NCBI GenBank assembly: GCA_046757165.1
Contig: JBHHXT010000002.1
Span: 32,001-96,000, forward strand
From: a bacterium
GTDB taxonomy: Bacteria > Zhuqueibacterota > Zhuqueibacteria > Oceanimicrobiales > Oceanimicrobiaceae
Direction: 5' to 3'
Length of the DNA: 64,000 bases
In this document: piece after piece, positions 30,923 through 39,786 of the stretch
How the letters are laid out: each line of letters opens with the position of its first letter
Position numbering within the stretch: position 1 is the first letter of the stretch
Notes under the pieces: model-generated
The model's input: the letters and a program-made list of their open reading frames with translations, nothing else
Told to the model about the DNA's origin: nothing
The model's database searches: none
Position numbers and translations under genes: made by a program

Positions 30923-32710
30923 TTGCAACCACGTTCGAAATCTGCACCCGACCCCATTCAAACGGTCTCAATCAATCAAGGAAAGCTGACGATTCAGGAC
31001 ATCGTCGATGTCGCACGCCACTTTGCTGGCGTCGAGCCCTTTCGGGGGCCTCGAAGAAAAAAAACTGAGAAAGTCAGACGTTTCGTGGAGGAACATTGGT
31101 TTAGCGATTCCGCGCCACCACGGTATGGATTCAACACCGGAATCGGCTCTTTGAAGAGTGTCCGGATCGCTCGCAACAAGATCGAGAAGTTTCAGGAACT
31201 TTACATCAAATCGCATTGCGTGGGAGTCGGCAGACCTTTGGATACTGAAATCGTTCGGGCGGCCATGTTACTGCAGGCAAATGCCCTGTCCAGGGGCTAT
31301 TCCGGAATCCGGCCGATCATCGTCGATAAACTGATTGAAATGCTCAACAAGAGAATCCATCCAGTTGTGCCCGAGCACGGCTCCCTGGGCGCCAGTGGCG
31401 ATCTCGCCCCACTTACTCACATCGCTTCTGTTCTGGTCGGGGAGGACGAGGCCGAGCTCTGGCAGGGCGAGCAGCGCATGCGGCTGAAAGATATCAAGGA
31501 TTCGAGTCAGGACTTGCACCTCGAGCTGGGCGGAGAGACGGTTGAGTTTCAACCGATTCGATTGCAGGGCAAGGAAGCCATCTCTTTGACGAATGCGACG
31601 ACCTTCATGTTGGCACTCGGCGTGTTGCTGACGCATGATGCAGAGATTCTGCTCAAGAGCGCCGACATCGCGGCCGCCCTCTCCCTGGAGGCTATGATGT
31701 GCAAAAAAGACGCTTTCTGCGAACCGCTGCACGACCTGCGAAACCAGACGGGGCAAATCAATACGGCGGCCAACCTGCGCAACTTGACCGACGGCAGTCA
31801 CCGAATGACGCCGGAGGCCCGGCAGGCTTATTTTGAAACCAGCACTGCCCGGCAGCTGAAGACAACCCTGTCCGGACAGGAAGACCAAGAGACAATTCAG
31901 TTGATAACCAGATACAAGGTGGAGCACGAATTCGAGAAGCACCGCGTGCAGGACGCTTATTCTCTGCGATGTGTACCACAAGTCCATGGCGCGTGCAAAG
32001 ATGCGTTCAACTTTGTGAAAACCATCGTCACCAGGGAAATGGAAGCCGTAACTGACAATCCCGTCATCTTCGAGACAGATGAGGGTTTCGAATCAAAGAG
32101 CGGCGGCAATTTTCATGGAGAGCCGCTCGCTCTGGCCATGGATTTCTTGACAATTGCACTGGCAGAGATTGGCAGCATTTCAGAGCGCCGGACGTTTCGA
32201 TTACTCAGTCCACGCATGAGCTTTGGCCTGCCAAATAATCTGACGGATGGCGAAGTCGGACTGAATTCAGGATTCATGATGCTGCAATATACCGCCGCGC
32301 AGATCGCGTCCGAGAACAAAATCCTGTCCCATCCCGCTTCTGTGGACACGATTCCGACCTCGGACAATCAGGAGGACCATGTCAGTATGGGGTTCACGGC
32401 CGCCCGCAAGGCGCGGAGTGTTCTACATAATGTGGAGAACATTCTCGCCATCGAGCTGCTGTGCGGCGTGCAGGGCGTGCATCTCAGCTCGAAGGACCCG
32501 GCCGTCTCGCTTGCGAAATTCGCTTTGGGAAAAGGCACAGCGGTCGCCTTCAATGTCATTCGCAGTTTTGAAGATTCAAACAAAGAGAAGCCATTCCAGG
32601 TGCAGCACGACGATGAGTATCTGCACCGAAGGATCGTGCTGATGACAAGGCTATGTTCAACGGGCAGGATCGTTGAGCAAGTGGAAGAGCGCTCGAGTCT
32701 GAAGATCTGA
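30923..32710 (+). CDS. hutH: Histidine ammonia-lyase (MIO family), enlarged
   Basis: GSLGASGDLAP (MIO-forming ASG), QDAYSLRC, GGNFHG and NQEDHVSMG; 'KSH' at the specificity position, as in HAL. Confidence 0.8.
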   Translation: MQPRSKSAPDPIQTVSINQGKLTIQDIVDVARHFAGVEPFRGPRRKKTEKVRRFVEEHWFSDSAPPRYGFNTGIGSLKSVRIARNKIEKFQELYIKSHCVGVGRPLDTEIVRAAMLLQANALSRGYSGIRPIIVDKLIEMLNKRIHPVVPEHGSLGASGDLAPLTHIASVLVGEDEAELWQGEQRMRLKDIKDSSQDLHLELGGETVEFQPIRLQGKEAISLTNATTFMLALGVLLTHDAEILLKSADIAAALSLEAMMCKKDAFCEPLHDLRNQTGQINTAANLRNLTDGSHRMTPEARQAYFETSTARQLKTTLSGQEDQETIQLITRYKVEHEFEKHRVQDAYSLRCVPQVHGACKDAFNFVKTIVTREMEAVTDNPVIFETDEGFESKSGGNFHGEPLALAMDFLTIALAEIGSISERRTFRLLSPRMSFGLPNNLTDGEVGLNSGFMMLQYTAAQIASENKILSHPASVDTIPTSDNQEDHVSMGFTAARKARSVLHNVENILAIELLCGVQGVHLSSKDPAVSLAKFALGKGTAVAFNVIRSFEDSNKEKPFQVQHDDEYLHRRIVLMTRLCSTGRIVEQVEERSSLKI

Positions 32711-32922
32711 TCTCCTTCTCTCAAGTCAGGACTGGGGGATAAGAAGGTCTCATGCCGAGGGGAAAAATGCGGTGTGTCCTGCTTGGTTGAAGAAATTAGC
32801 ACAGCGGTTGCCGCCATCAGGGCAGTGTCGGAGATCGCTTCGCTTAACTCCGACACACTATCCGATTTGACTCTTTGGACAGCCCCGTGCGGAACAATTC
32901 AGGTACAAACAGGAAGGAAGAC

Positions 32923-34299
32923 ATGGCAGCCATCAAACCGAGTTTACCAAAAGGAACGCGCGATTTCTTGCCTGAGCAGATGGTGAAGCGGCAATTTGTC
33001 ATCGATTCCGTCAGAGATATTTTTGAGACATACGGTTACCAACCTCTCGAGACGCCGTCGATTGAGAAGCTGAATGTCCTGTCCGGGAAATATGGTGATG
33101 AGGGGGAGAAACTCATTTTCAAAGTGCTGCGCCGCGGCACCGGATTGGAGCAGCTGCAAAGAGGACAGGAAGAGTTCGTCGTCAAACACTACGGCGACCT
33201 GGTGGAGGAAGCGCTGCGCTACGACCTGACCGTGCCGTTGAGCCGCGTCGTCGCCATGTACCAGAACGAGCTGACCTTTCCGTTCAAACGATACCAGATT
33301 CAACCCGTCTGGCGCGCCGACCGCCCGCAGCGGGGGAGGTACCGCGAGTTCTATCAGTGTGATGTAGACACCGTGGGCACCCCCTCCATGCTGGCTGACG
33401 CGGAGACGATCGCCATCGTCCATGATGTCTTGTCGACCCTGGGATTCGACAAGTTCACCATTCGTATCAACAATCGCAAGATCCTAACCGGTATTCTCGA
33501 GTATGCGGGTATCGAAGCCGCGCGGGGCGGTGGCGTTTTGGTCGCAATTGACAAGCTGGACAAGGTCGGCCTCGACGGTGTGAAGCGTGAGCTGACTGCT
33601 CAGGGGCACCCGCAGGAGGCCATCAAAAAGATTCTCTCGATTCTGGCGCTCGAGGGGAAGCCCGACCAGGTCCTGTCGCATCTGGCCGATGCGTATGGCG
33701 AGCTCAACTCCCTGCGCCAGGGCGTGGAAGAGCTGATGCTCCTGATGTCCCATCTGGATGGGCTGCAGGTTGTTCCTGAGCGTCTGCAAGTCGACCTCTA
33801 TCTGGTCAGAGGGTTGGGCTACTACACCGGACCGATTCACGAATCTGTCGTGACCGAGCCGAAGATGGGGAGCTTGAGCGGAGGGGGAAGGTACGACCGG
33901 CTCATCGGAACGTTCTTAGGCCGGGACATTCCAGCCACGGGCACCGCTTTTGGGATTGAGAGAATCATCGACGTGATGAGCGAGCTGGACATGTTCCCGG
34001 GAACCAGGACCAAAACCGAGGTGCTGGTGGCCTATTTCGACGAAACGACGTTACAAGCCAGCCTGGCCTTTGGGCAAGCGTTGAGGAACAGCGGGTTGAA
34101 AACCGAGACCTATCTGGACAAAAGCAAGCTCAAGAAACAGTTCTCGTATGCAAACAAAAAGCAGATCCCGTTTGTTGCTTTAATCGGACCGGATGAGCAA
34201 ACGGACGGTCTCGTCACGCTCAAGAATATGGACACCCAGGAACAAAGGACGGTGTCGCAGCCAGAAGCAGTCCAGTTGCTGAAAGATGAATTGAGGTGA
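32923..34299 (+). CDS. hisS: Histidine--tRNA ligase
   Basis: PKGTRDF, LRYDLTVP, RYREFYQCD, RGLGYYTG and GGGRYD; ATG at 32923 after AGGAAG. Confidence 0.97.
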   Translation: MAAIKPSLPKGTRDFLPEQMVKRQFVIDSVRDIFETYGYQPLETPSIEKLNVLSGKYGDEGEKLIFKVLRRGTGLEQLQRGQEEFVVKHYGDLVEEALRYDLTVPLSRVVAMYQNELTFPFKRYQIQPVWRADRPQRGRYREFYQCDVDTVGTPSMLADAETIAIVHDVLSTLGFDKFTIRINNRKILTGILEYAGIEAARGGGVLVAIDKLDKVGLDGVKRELTAQGHPQEAIKKILSILALEGKPDQVLSHLADAYGELNSLRQGVEELMLLMSHLDGLQVVPERLQVDLYLVRGLGYYTGPIHESVVTEPKMGSLSGGGRYDRLIGTFLGRDIPATGTAFGIERIIDVMSELDMFPGTRTKTEVLVAYFDETTLQASLAFGQALRNSGLKTETYLDKSKLKKQFSYANKKQIPFVALIGPDEQTDGLVTLKNMDTQEQRTVSQPEAVQLLKDELR

Positions 34300-34334
34300 C
34301 GGCTGCCTGCCCGAAGTGAACGCAGCGGAGGGGC

Positions 34335-34394
34335 AAAAAAAGAAGGGACTGGCAAAATCCGATGTAGCAGCGCTCAGTTGCAATTGCCAGTCCC
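34335..34394 (-). terminator. Rho-independent terminator on the minus strand
   Basis: 11-bp stem GGGACTGGCAA/TTGCCAGTCCC (large loop) followed on the minus strand by TTCTTTTTTT. Confidence 0.6.
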
Positions 34395-34564
34395 CGGGGT
34401 GCTTGATCTCCTCGAAAGATGCTATGCCGAAAGGTTGGAAGTGGAGATCAAAAATTAATCTTTGTGGAATTCCGTTTCCTGCTAAGCATGGATTGAATCT
34501 GAGAGTGAGATCTTAGGTTCAATAGAAGCTTGTCACCGACATCCGTGTTCCCCCAAAAGATCGG
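34335..34564 (-). ncRNA. Candidate sigma54-dependent small RNA (about 230 nt), possibly CsrA-binding
   Basis: Bounded by a -24/-12 promoter and a terminator; no ORF over about 13 codons from ATG; several hairpins; ACACGGAUGU and additional GGA motifs. Confidence 0.45.
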
Positions 34565-34575
34565 ACAAGGTTGCG

Positions 34576-34590
34576 GCAAATGGGATGCCA
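34576..34590 (-). promoter_or_regulatory. sigma54 (-24/-12) promoter
   Basis: Minus strand TGGCATC-CCAT-TTGC with exact spacing; IHF-like AATCAATGTTTCA at 34620-34632. Confidence 0.6.
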
Positions 34591-34710
34591 GTGTGTACAC
34601 CGCGATATAAGTCCTGTTAAATCAATGTTTCATATCGGTGCACCTGGCCGGGCTTAGTTGGGAAAGCCCTGGTAGAATATGGAACAAGTGTTTTGATTTG
34701 AAACAGGCGT

Positions 34711-35079
34711 CTATTTTTCAGCGGCGAGAGAATCCTGCGCAGATTGTTTCTTTTTCAACTGCTCAGTCGTTTTGGTCAAGATTTCCAGCCACCGCTCGGG
34801 CTCCTCTTCGTAAGCCGCGATACTGCGCTCGAAGTCGTCGCGCGAAATTCTGAGACTATCCAATAGCGCTTGAAAATCCTGGCTGGAATCCGCTTGTAAT
34901 GTGTCAAGGGAGAGGAAAAGCATTTCAGAGTAGACCCGAACAAACTTGTCAGGTGCCAGGGGATCGGGATCCGTCTGCCGATGACAGACCGATTCTGTTC
35001 CGGCAAGTTGAAGAACGAGGAAAAGCTGAAACACAAAAAGATGTTTGGAAGTCGCTCTTGAATTTGGGATTCGATTCAT
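34711..35079 (-). CDS. Small exported/lipoprotein, DUF4296-like
   Basis: Hydrophobic N-terminus then Cys; 'KFVRVYSEM...ISRDDFERSIAAYEEEPERW' pattern. Promoter TTGACT-N17-TATATT upstream on the minus strand. Confidence 0.55.
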   Translation of the reverse strand: MNRIPNSRATSKHLFVFQLFLVLQLAGTESVCHRQTDPDPLAPDKFVRVYSEMLFLSLDTLQADSSQDFQALLDSLRISRDDFERSIAAYEEEPERWLEILTKTTEQLKKKQSAQDSLAAEK

Positions 35080-35220
35080 TTGCCTCCACCACTGTGACCA
35101 CGTTGATGCAAGCTCTAAATATATGAAAACACTACAAGGGAGTCAATAAAATGTTGACTTTTTAGGGATTATTTGATAATTTGCTTTCCGTCATGTTTGA
35201 GGAGGCAAAGAGCATTTGAT

Positions 35221-36594
35221 GTGTCTTTGAGAGGAAAAAGGGAAAAGAGCGAGTTTGTTTGTCAGACATGCGGCCATATGTCGCTGAGGTGGATCGGGCG
35301 GTGTCCCGAATGTCAGAGCTGGAACAGTTTTGTTGAGGAGGTTCGACCGCAGAAAACGTCATCTCATGGAACCCTTCAGAAGGCAGTTTCCACACCCGTA
35401 AAGCTCTCTCGAGTAAGTTTTGGTACTCACCAACGCATTCTTGTTCGTTCCAATGAATTCAACCGTGTTCTGGGTGGGGGGATGGTCTCGGGTTCCCTGA
35501 TGTTGCTCGGTGGCGATCCCGGGATCGGGAAATCGACCCTCATGCTGCAAGAAGGCGCTGCTCTGGCAGCGGCGCAATGCCCGGTGCTTTACGTTTCAGG
35601 CGAGGAATCCGCGCAACAGACTAAACTGAGAGCGCATCGGCTGGGTCTCGAACCTGAACATTTGTACATTTTTGCCGAAACAAATTTGCATCAAATCATG
35701 CACGGCATCGAACAAATCAATCCGGGTCTTGTCATCGTTGATTCGATTCAGACGGTTTTTCATCCGGGGTTGGAGAGTTCGCCCGGCAGCATCAGTCAGG
35801 TCAGAGAATGCGCGCTGGCGTTTTCTCAGATGGCCAAGAGCAGAAACATCCCTGTATTTCTTGTTGGGCACGTGACCAAGGAGGGGTACATTGCCGGTCC
35901 AAAGGTGTTGGAACACATGGTCGATGTTTTGTTGAATTTTGAAGGAGACGGCCAGCATTTTTACAGGATATTGCGGGCTGCCAAAAACCGGTTCGGGTCG
36001 ACAAGAGAATTTGGTGTTTTCGAGATGAAGCAGGACGGGTTGCATGAGGTTGCCAATCCCTCTGCTCTTTTTTTGGAGCAGAGAAAGGAAAACATCTCAG
36101 GCTCGACCGTGGTTTGCACCCTGGAGGGGACACGCCCTTTCCTGGTCGAAATTCAGGCCCTGGCCAGCCCCTCGAATTATGGCGTGGCGCAAAGAACTGC
36201 CACCGGAGTTGACAGCAGGCGCCTTTCGTTACTGCTCGCCGTGCTGGAGAAGCGGATTGGAATGCGGCTGGGCAGCAGCGATGTCTTTGTCAATGCCGCC
36301 GGCGGGGTGAGAATTGACGACCCCTCTGCTGATTTGGGCATTCTGGTGGCCATCGCATCGAGTTTCAGAGACCAGGTGGTCGATCCGCACGCCGTCATTG
36401 TTGGCGAAATCGGCCTGGGTGGAGAAATCCGCGCTGTGCCGCAGATCGACAAGAGAATTGAAGAAGCACAAAAATTGGGGTTCAAAAAGGCCGTTATTCC
36501 AGGGTTCAATTCAAGAGGGTTGCACAAAAAAGGCTCTTTGAAAATAATCGCCATCGAACGAGCGCAGGATGTCCTGGACGAGGTTTTGAATTGA
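35221..36594 (+). CDS. radA: DNA repair protein RadA/Sms
   Basis: CxxC...CPEC zinc finger, GDPGIGKST, KNRFG and Lon-like C-terminus. Exact start uncertain. Confidence 0.96.
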   Translation: MSLRGKREKSEFVCQTCGHMSLRWIGRCPECQSWNSFVEEVRPQKTSSHGTLQKAVSTPVKLSRVSFGTHQRILVRSNEFNRVLGGGMVSGSLMLLGGDPGIGKSTLMLQEGAALAAAQCPVLYVSGEESAQQTKLRAHRLGLEPEHLYIFAETNLHQIMHGIEQINPGLVIVDSIQTVFHPGLESSPGSISQVRECALAFSQMAKSRNIPVFLVGHVTKEGYIAGPKVLEHMVDVLLNFEGDGQHFYRILRAAKNRFGSTREFGVFEMKQDGLHEVANPSALFLEQRKENISGSTVVCTLEGTRPFLVEIQALASPSNYGVAQRTATGVDSRRLSLLLAVLEKRIGMRLGSSDVFVNAAGGVRIDDPSADLGILVAIASSFRDQVVDPHAVIVGEIGLGGEIRAVPQIDKRIEEAQKLGFKKAVIPGFNSRGLHKKGSLKIIAIERAQDVLDEVLN

Positions 36595-37730
36595 CCAAAC
36601 GATTCGAGGTTTTGAAGCAGGACTCTGATTCACGGGCAAGAACGGCCAGGTTGGTGACCGCACATGGCGAGCTTCGGACCCCGGTGTTCATGCCCGTGGG
36701 GACCCAGGGCACGGTGAAAGGGGTATCGCCACAAGAGTTGCACGAGACTGGAAGCCAAATCATCCTGGGCAACACTTACCATCTTTACTTGCGGCCGGGA
36801 GCGGAAATCATTAAAAAGGCTGGCGGACTGCACGCCTTCTCTGGCTGGAGCAAACCCATCCTGACCGACAGTGGCGGCTACCAGGTCTACAGTCTGACAG
36901 ATTTGCGAAAAGTCACAGAAGATGGCGTCGTGTTCAAATCGCATCTCGATGGCTCCTGTCATGAATTCAGCCCGGAATTGGCCGTAGACATTCAGGGGTG
37001 CTTCGGGTCCGACATCATCATGGTTCTCGACGAATGCCCGCCTTACCCGTGCACGGAAGAATATGCCGCCGGCGCGGTCAGAAGAACAACAGCCTGGGCC
37101 AAAAGATGCCTTAGCCGATTCAGAGAGAGCGAACCGCTTTTCGATTTCGAGCAGACCATTTTTGCAATCGTGCAAGGGAGTACCGTCCCTGAATTGCGCA
37201 GGGAGAGCGCCGAGGCCCTGATAGCGCTCGATTTTCCCGGCTACGCCATCGGAGGCTTGTCCATCGGCGAACCGAAGCCTGTCCTGTTTGAAATGGTTGA
37301 GGTTTGCACAGAACTGTTACCGGTTGACAAGCCCAGGTACCTGATGGGGATGGGCAAACCAGAAGATTTGGTCGAGGGCATTGCCCTGGGCATCGACATG
37401 TTCGACTGTGTCCTTCCGACCCGAAACGGTCGCAAAGGGCAGGTGTTCACCTGGGCGGGACAGATGAATGTGAGAAACGCCAGCTACAGAGAAGACTTCC
37501 GGCCTATCGATGAAACGTGCGAATGTTTCGCCTGTCGCAATTTTACCAGGGCGTACCTCAGGCACCTCTTCCAGTCGGGGGAGATACTGGGCATGCGTCT
37601 GGCCAGTTTGCACAACCTCCATTTCTATCACAAATTGGTGCAAACATGCCGCAAATGCATCAGTCAAGGATGTTTTTCAACCTGGCGAAAAGAGTTCTAT
37701 CGAAACTATGCGTGCAAAAACGATGGTTAA
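36591..37730 (+). CDS. tgt: tRNA-guanine transglycosylase
   Basis: TPVFMPVGT, NTYHL, TDSGGYQ, DMFDCVLPTR and CxCxxC...H. Confidence 0.97.
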   Translation: MTKRFEVLKQDSDSRARTARLVTAHGELRTPVFMPVGTQGTVKGVSPQELHETGSQIILGNTYHLYLRPGAEIIKKAGGLHAFSGWSKPILTDSGGYQVYSLTDLRKVTEDGVVFKSHLDGSCHEFSPELAVDIQGCFGSDIIMVLDECPPYPCTEEYAAGAVRRTTAWAKRCLSRFRESEPLFDFEQTIFAIVQGSTVPELRRESAEALIALDFPGYAIGGLSIGEPKPVLFEMVEVCTELLPVDKPRYLMGMGKPEDLVEGIALGIDMFDCVLPTRNGRKGQVFTWAGQMNVRNASYREDFRPIDETCECFACRNFTRAYLRHLFQSGEILGMRLASLHNLHFYHKLVQTCRKCISQGCFSTWRKEFYRNYACKNDG

Positions 37731-37760
37731 GCCTGAACCTGTAACTTTATGGAGGGAGAA

Positions 37761-38081
37761 GTGAATCACCTTTTATCTGTTTTCATGTTGCTGCAAGAAG
37801 GTGGCCAGCCGGGTGGAAGTGGCCTGGGCGGTTTGATTGTTCCCATGCTGCTGATTTTCGCCATCATGTACTTCCTGATCCTGCGCCCGCAAGCCAAGAA
37901 GCAGAAACAGCACCAGGCCATGATTCAGGCGATCAAACAGGGTGACCGGGTCGTCACGGCTGGGGGCATTCACGGCACCGTCGCCGGCGTCAAGGAAAAG
38001 GATGACACATTGATTGTCAAGATAGCCGACAATGTGAAAGTGAAGCTGAGCAAGGCATCGATTGCCAGGAAGCTGGATTAG
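37761..38081 (+). CDS. yajC: Preprotein translocase subunit YajC
   Basis: MYFLILRPQ and GDRVVTAGGIHG; follows tgt. Confidence 0.95.
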   Translation: MNHLLSVFMLLQEGGQPGGSGLGGLIVPMLLIFAIMYFLILRPQAKKQKQHQAMIQAIKQGDRVVTAGGIHGTVAGVKEKDDTLIVKIADNVKVKLSKASIARKLD

Positions 38082-38084
38082 GAC

Positions 38085-38612
38085 ATGGCACTACGGTACA
38101 TCGTGAAGTATGGGCATCCCTCGCTCAGAATGAAAGCGCATGCCATCGAAGTTGTTGACGACACCATCCGCACCCTGGCTGAGGATATGGTCGAGACCAT
38201 GTACGAGGCGGAAGGCATCGGCCTGGCCGCGCCCCAGGTTGCTGAACCTCTTGCGGTGTGTGTTGTCAACTATGGCATGATCGAGGAAGGTACAGCAGCG
38301 CGGGTTTACATCAATCCGGTCCTCACAGATGAGGAAGGCTCGACCAAAATGGAAGAAGGGTGCCTGAGCATTCCTGACATAAGAGAAGACGTGGAAAGGC
38401 CGGAGTCCATACGCGTGCGGTACCAGGATCTCAATGGGGTCCTGCATGATGAGCGCTGCGAGGGCATGTTGGCCCGCGTGCTTCAGCATGAAATCGACCA
38501 TCTCAATGGCGTGCTTTTTGTCGACCGGATCAGCCCCATGAAAAGGAAGCTTCTTTCTAAAAAACTGAAGCGAATCGCGGCGGAGGGCAAGACAGAAATG
38601 CACGGAGTCTAA
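38085..38612 (+). CDS. def: Peptide deformylase
   Basis: GIGLAAPQ, EGCLS and QHEIDHLNG. Confidence 0.97.
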   Translation: MALRYIVKYGHPSLRMKAHAIEVVDDTIRTLAEDMVETMYEAEGIGLAAPQVAEPLAVCVVNYGMIEEGTAARVYINPVLTDEEGSTKMEEGCLSIPDIREDVERPESIRVRYQDLNGVLHDERCEGMLARVLQHEIDHLNGVLFVDRISPMKRKLLSKKLKRIAAEGKTEMHGV

Positions 38613-38613
38613 T

Positions 38614-38641
38614 TTTTTTCGCAGACTTCGCTGCGAAAAAA
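38614..38641. terminator. Hairpin flanked by T/A runs (terminator-like; U-tail on the minus strand)
   Basis: TTTTTTCGCAG-ACTTCG-CTGCGAAAAAA. Confidence 0.55.
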
Positions 38642-38753
38642 GTCATTTAGCGCTCCGCGCCGTCATTTGCCCTGCGGGCCTCATTTGGTCCTTGCCTGCT
38701 CAGTGACGCCCGCAGGGCAAGTGACAACAAATGACGAGCTAAGCTCAAATGAC
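38642..38753. repeat. REP-like nested palindrome built from GTCATTT/AAATGAC heptamers
   Basis: 18-bp inverted repeat 38662-38679 / 38708-38725 (one G-T mismatch); three left-facing and four right-facing heptamer units. Confidence 0.7.
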
Positions 38754-38850
38754 GGTTTTTTCGGTAGACGATTGACCCAAAAAAACTATCGACAATACTT
38801 TGTCGATGTCTGACGCTCAGAGCCTAATTCAAGACAAGCACGGCGCAGCA

Positions 38851-39786
38851 ATGAAAATTGTGTACATGGGAACACCGGCATTCTCAGTTCAGAGTTTGCG
38901 GGCGCTTAGTGACAGTCAGCATGACATTGCTGGTGTGGTCACGGCGCCCGATAAGCCTGTTGGCCGGGGCCTGAAAATCAAGTGTTCGCCGGTGAAGGAG
39001 CTGGCCCTGGACTTGGGCTTGCCAGTCTTTCAACCGCAAGATCTGAGAGAGCCGGATTTCCTGACCGGGTTACGGCATCTCGCTGCAGATCTGTTCGTAG
39101 TCGTGGCGTTTCGAATTCTGCCGCCAGAGGTGTTTGAAATGCCTCCTAAGGGTACCATCAATCTTCATTCTTCTTTGCTGCCCAGGTATCGCGGTGCCGC
39201 CCCCATCAATTGGGCGATCATCAACGGCGAGACCGAAACGGGGGTGTCGACCATTTTCATCCAGAAGGACATCGATGCCGGCGACTTGATTCTGCAAAAG
39301 AGAATAGCTATCGGCCAGGATGAAACAGCGGGAGAGTTGCACGACAAGCTCGCCGTTGAAGGGGCGAAGCTGTTGTTGGAAACGGTGGACCTGATCGCGA
39401 AGGGCAAGGGCCTGAGCATCAAGCAAACAGGGGTGATGACGCGAGCTCCCAAGCTGACCAGAGAGCTCGGCAACGTGGATTGGCGTAAATCGAATGTCGA
39501 GATAAGGAACCTTATCCGTGGGTTGAGCCCGGTCCCGGGTGCGTATACGTATCTGCATGGCAAGGTGATCAAACTTTACCGAACCAGCCTGGAAGAGAAT
39601 CACGGCGGAGGTCGACCCGGTCAGATAATTGAAGTCGAACCCAGGAAAGGAAGCCTGGTTGTGGCGACTGGCTCCGGGAACTTGAGACTGGAGACGGTGC
39701 AGCCAGAGGGCAAGAGAAAAATGACAGCACGTGAATTTCTCCTGGGTCACAAACTCGAAAACGGTGACTGTTTTGGCTCAAAGTAG
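38851..39786 (+). CDS. fmt: Methionyl-tRNA formyltransferase
   Basis: MKIVYMGTP, NLHSSLLPRYRGAAPI and DAGD. Confidence 0.97.
   Translation: MKIVYMGTPAFSVQSLRALSDSQHDIAGVVTAPDKPVGRGLKIKCSPVKELALDLGLPVFQPQDLREPDFLTGLRHLAADLFVVVAFRILPPEVFEMPPKGTINLHSSLLPRYRGAAPINWAIINGETETGVSTIFIQKDIDAGDLILQKRIAIGQDETAGELHDKLAVEGAKLLLETVDLIAKGKGLSIKQTGVMTRAPKLTRELGNVDWRKSNVEIRNLIRGLSPVPGAYTYLHGKVIKLYRTSLEENHGGGRPGQIIEVEPRKGSLVVATGSGNLRLETVQPEGKRKMTAREFLLGHKLENGDCFGSK

Noticed and set aside
32711..32922. T-box riboswitch upstream of hisS
   Set aside because: No GGTGG-ACC T-box motif and no terminator/antiterminator pair.
38642..38753. Possible CRISPR array
   Set aside because: Repeats are 7-bp units arranged as an inverted nest, with no repeat-spacer periodicity and no cas genes.
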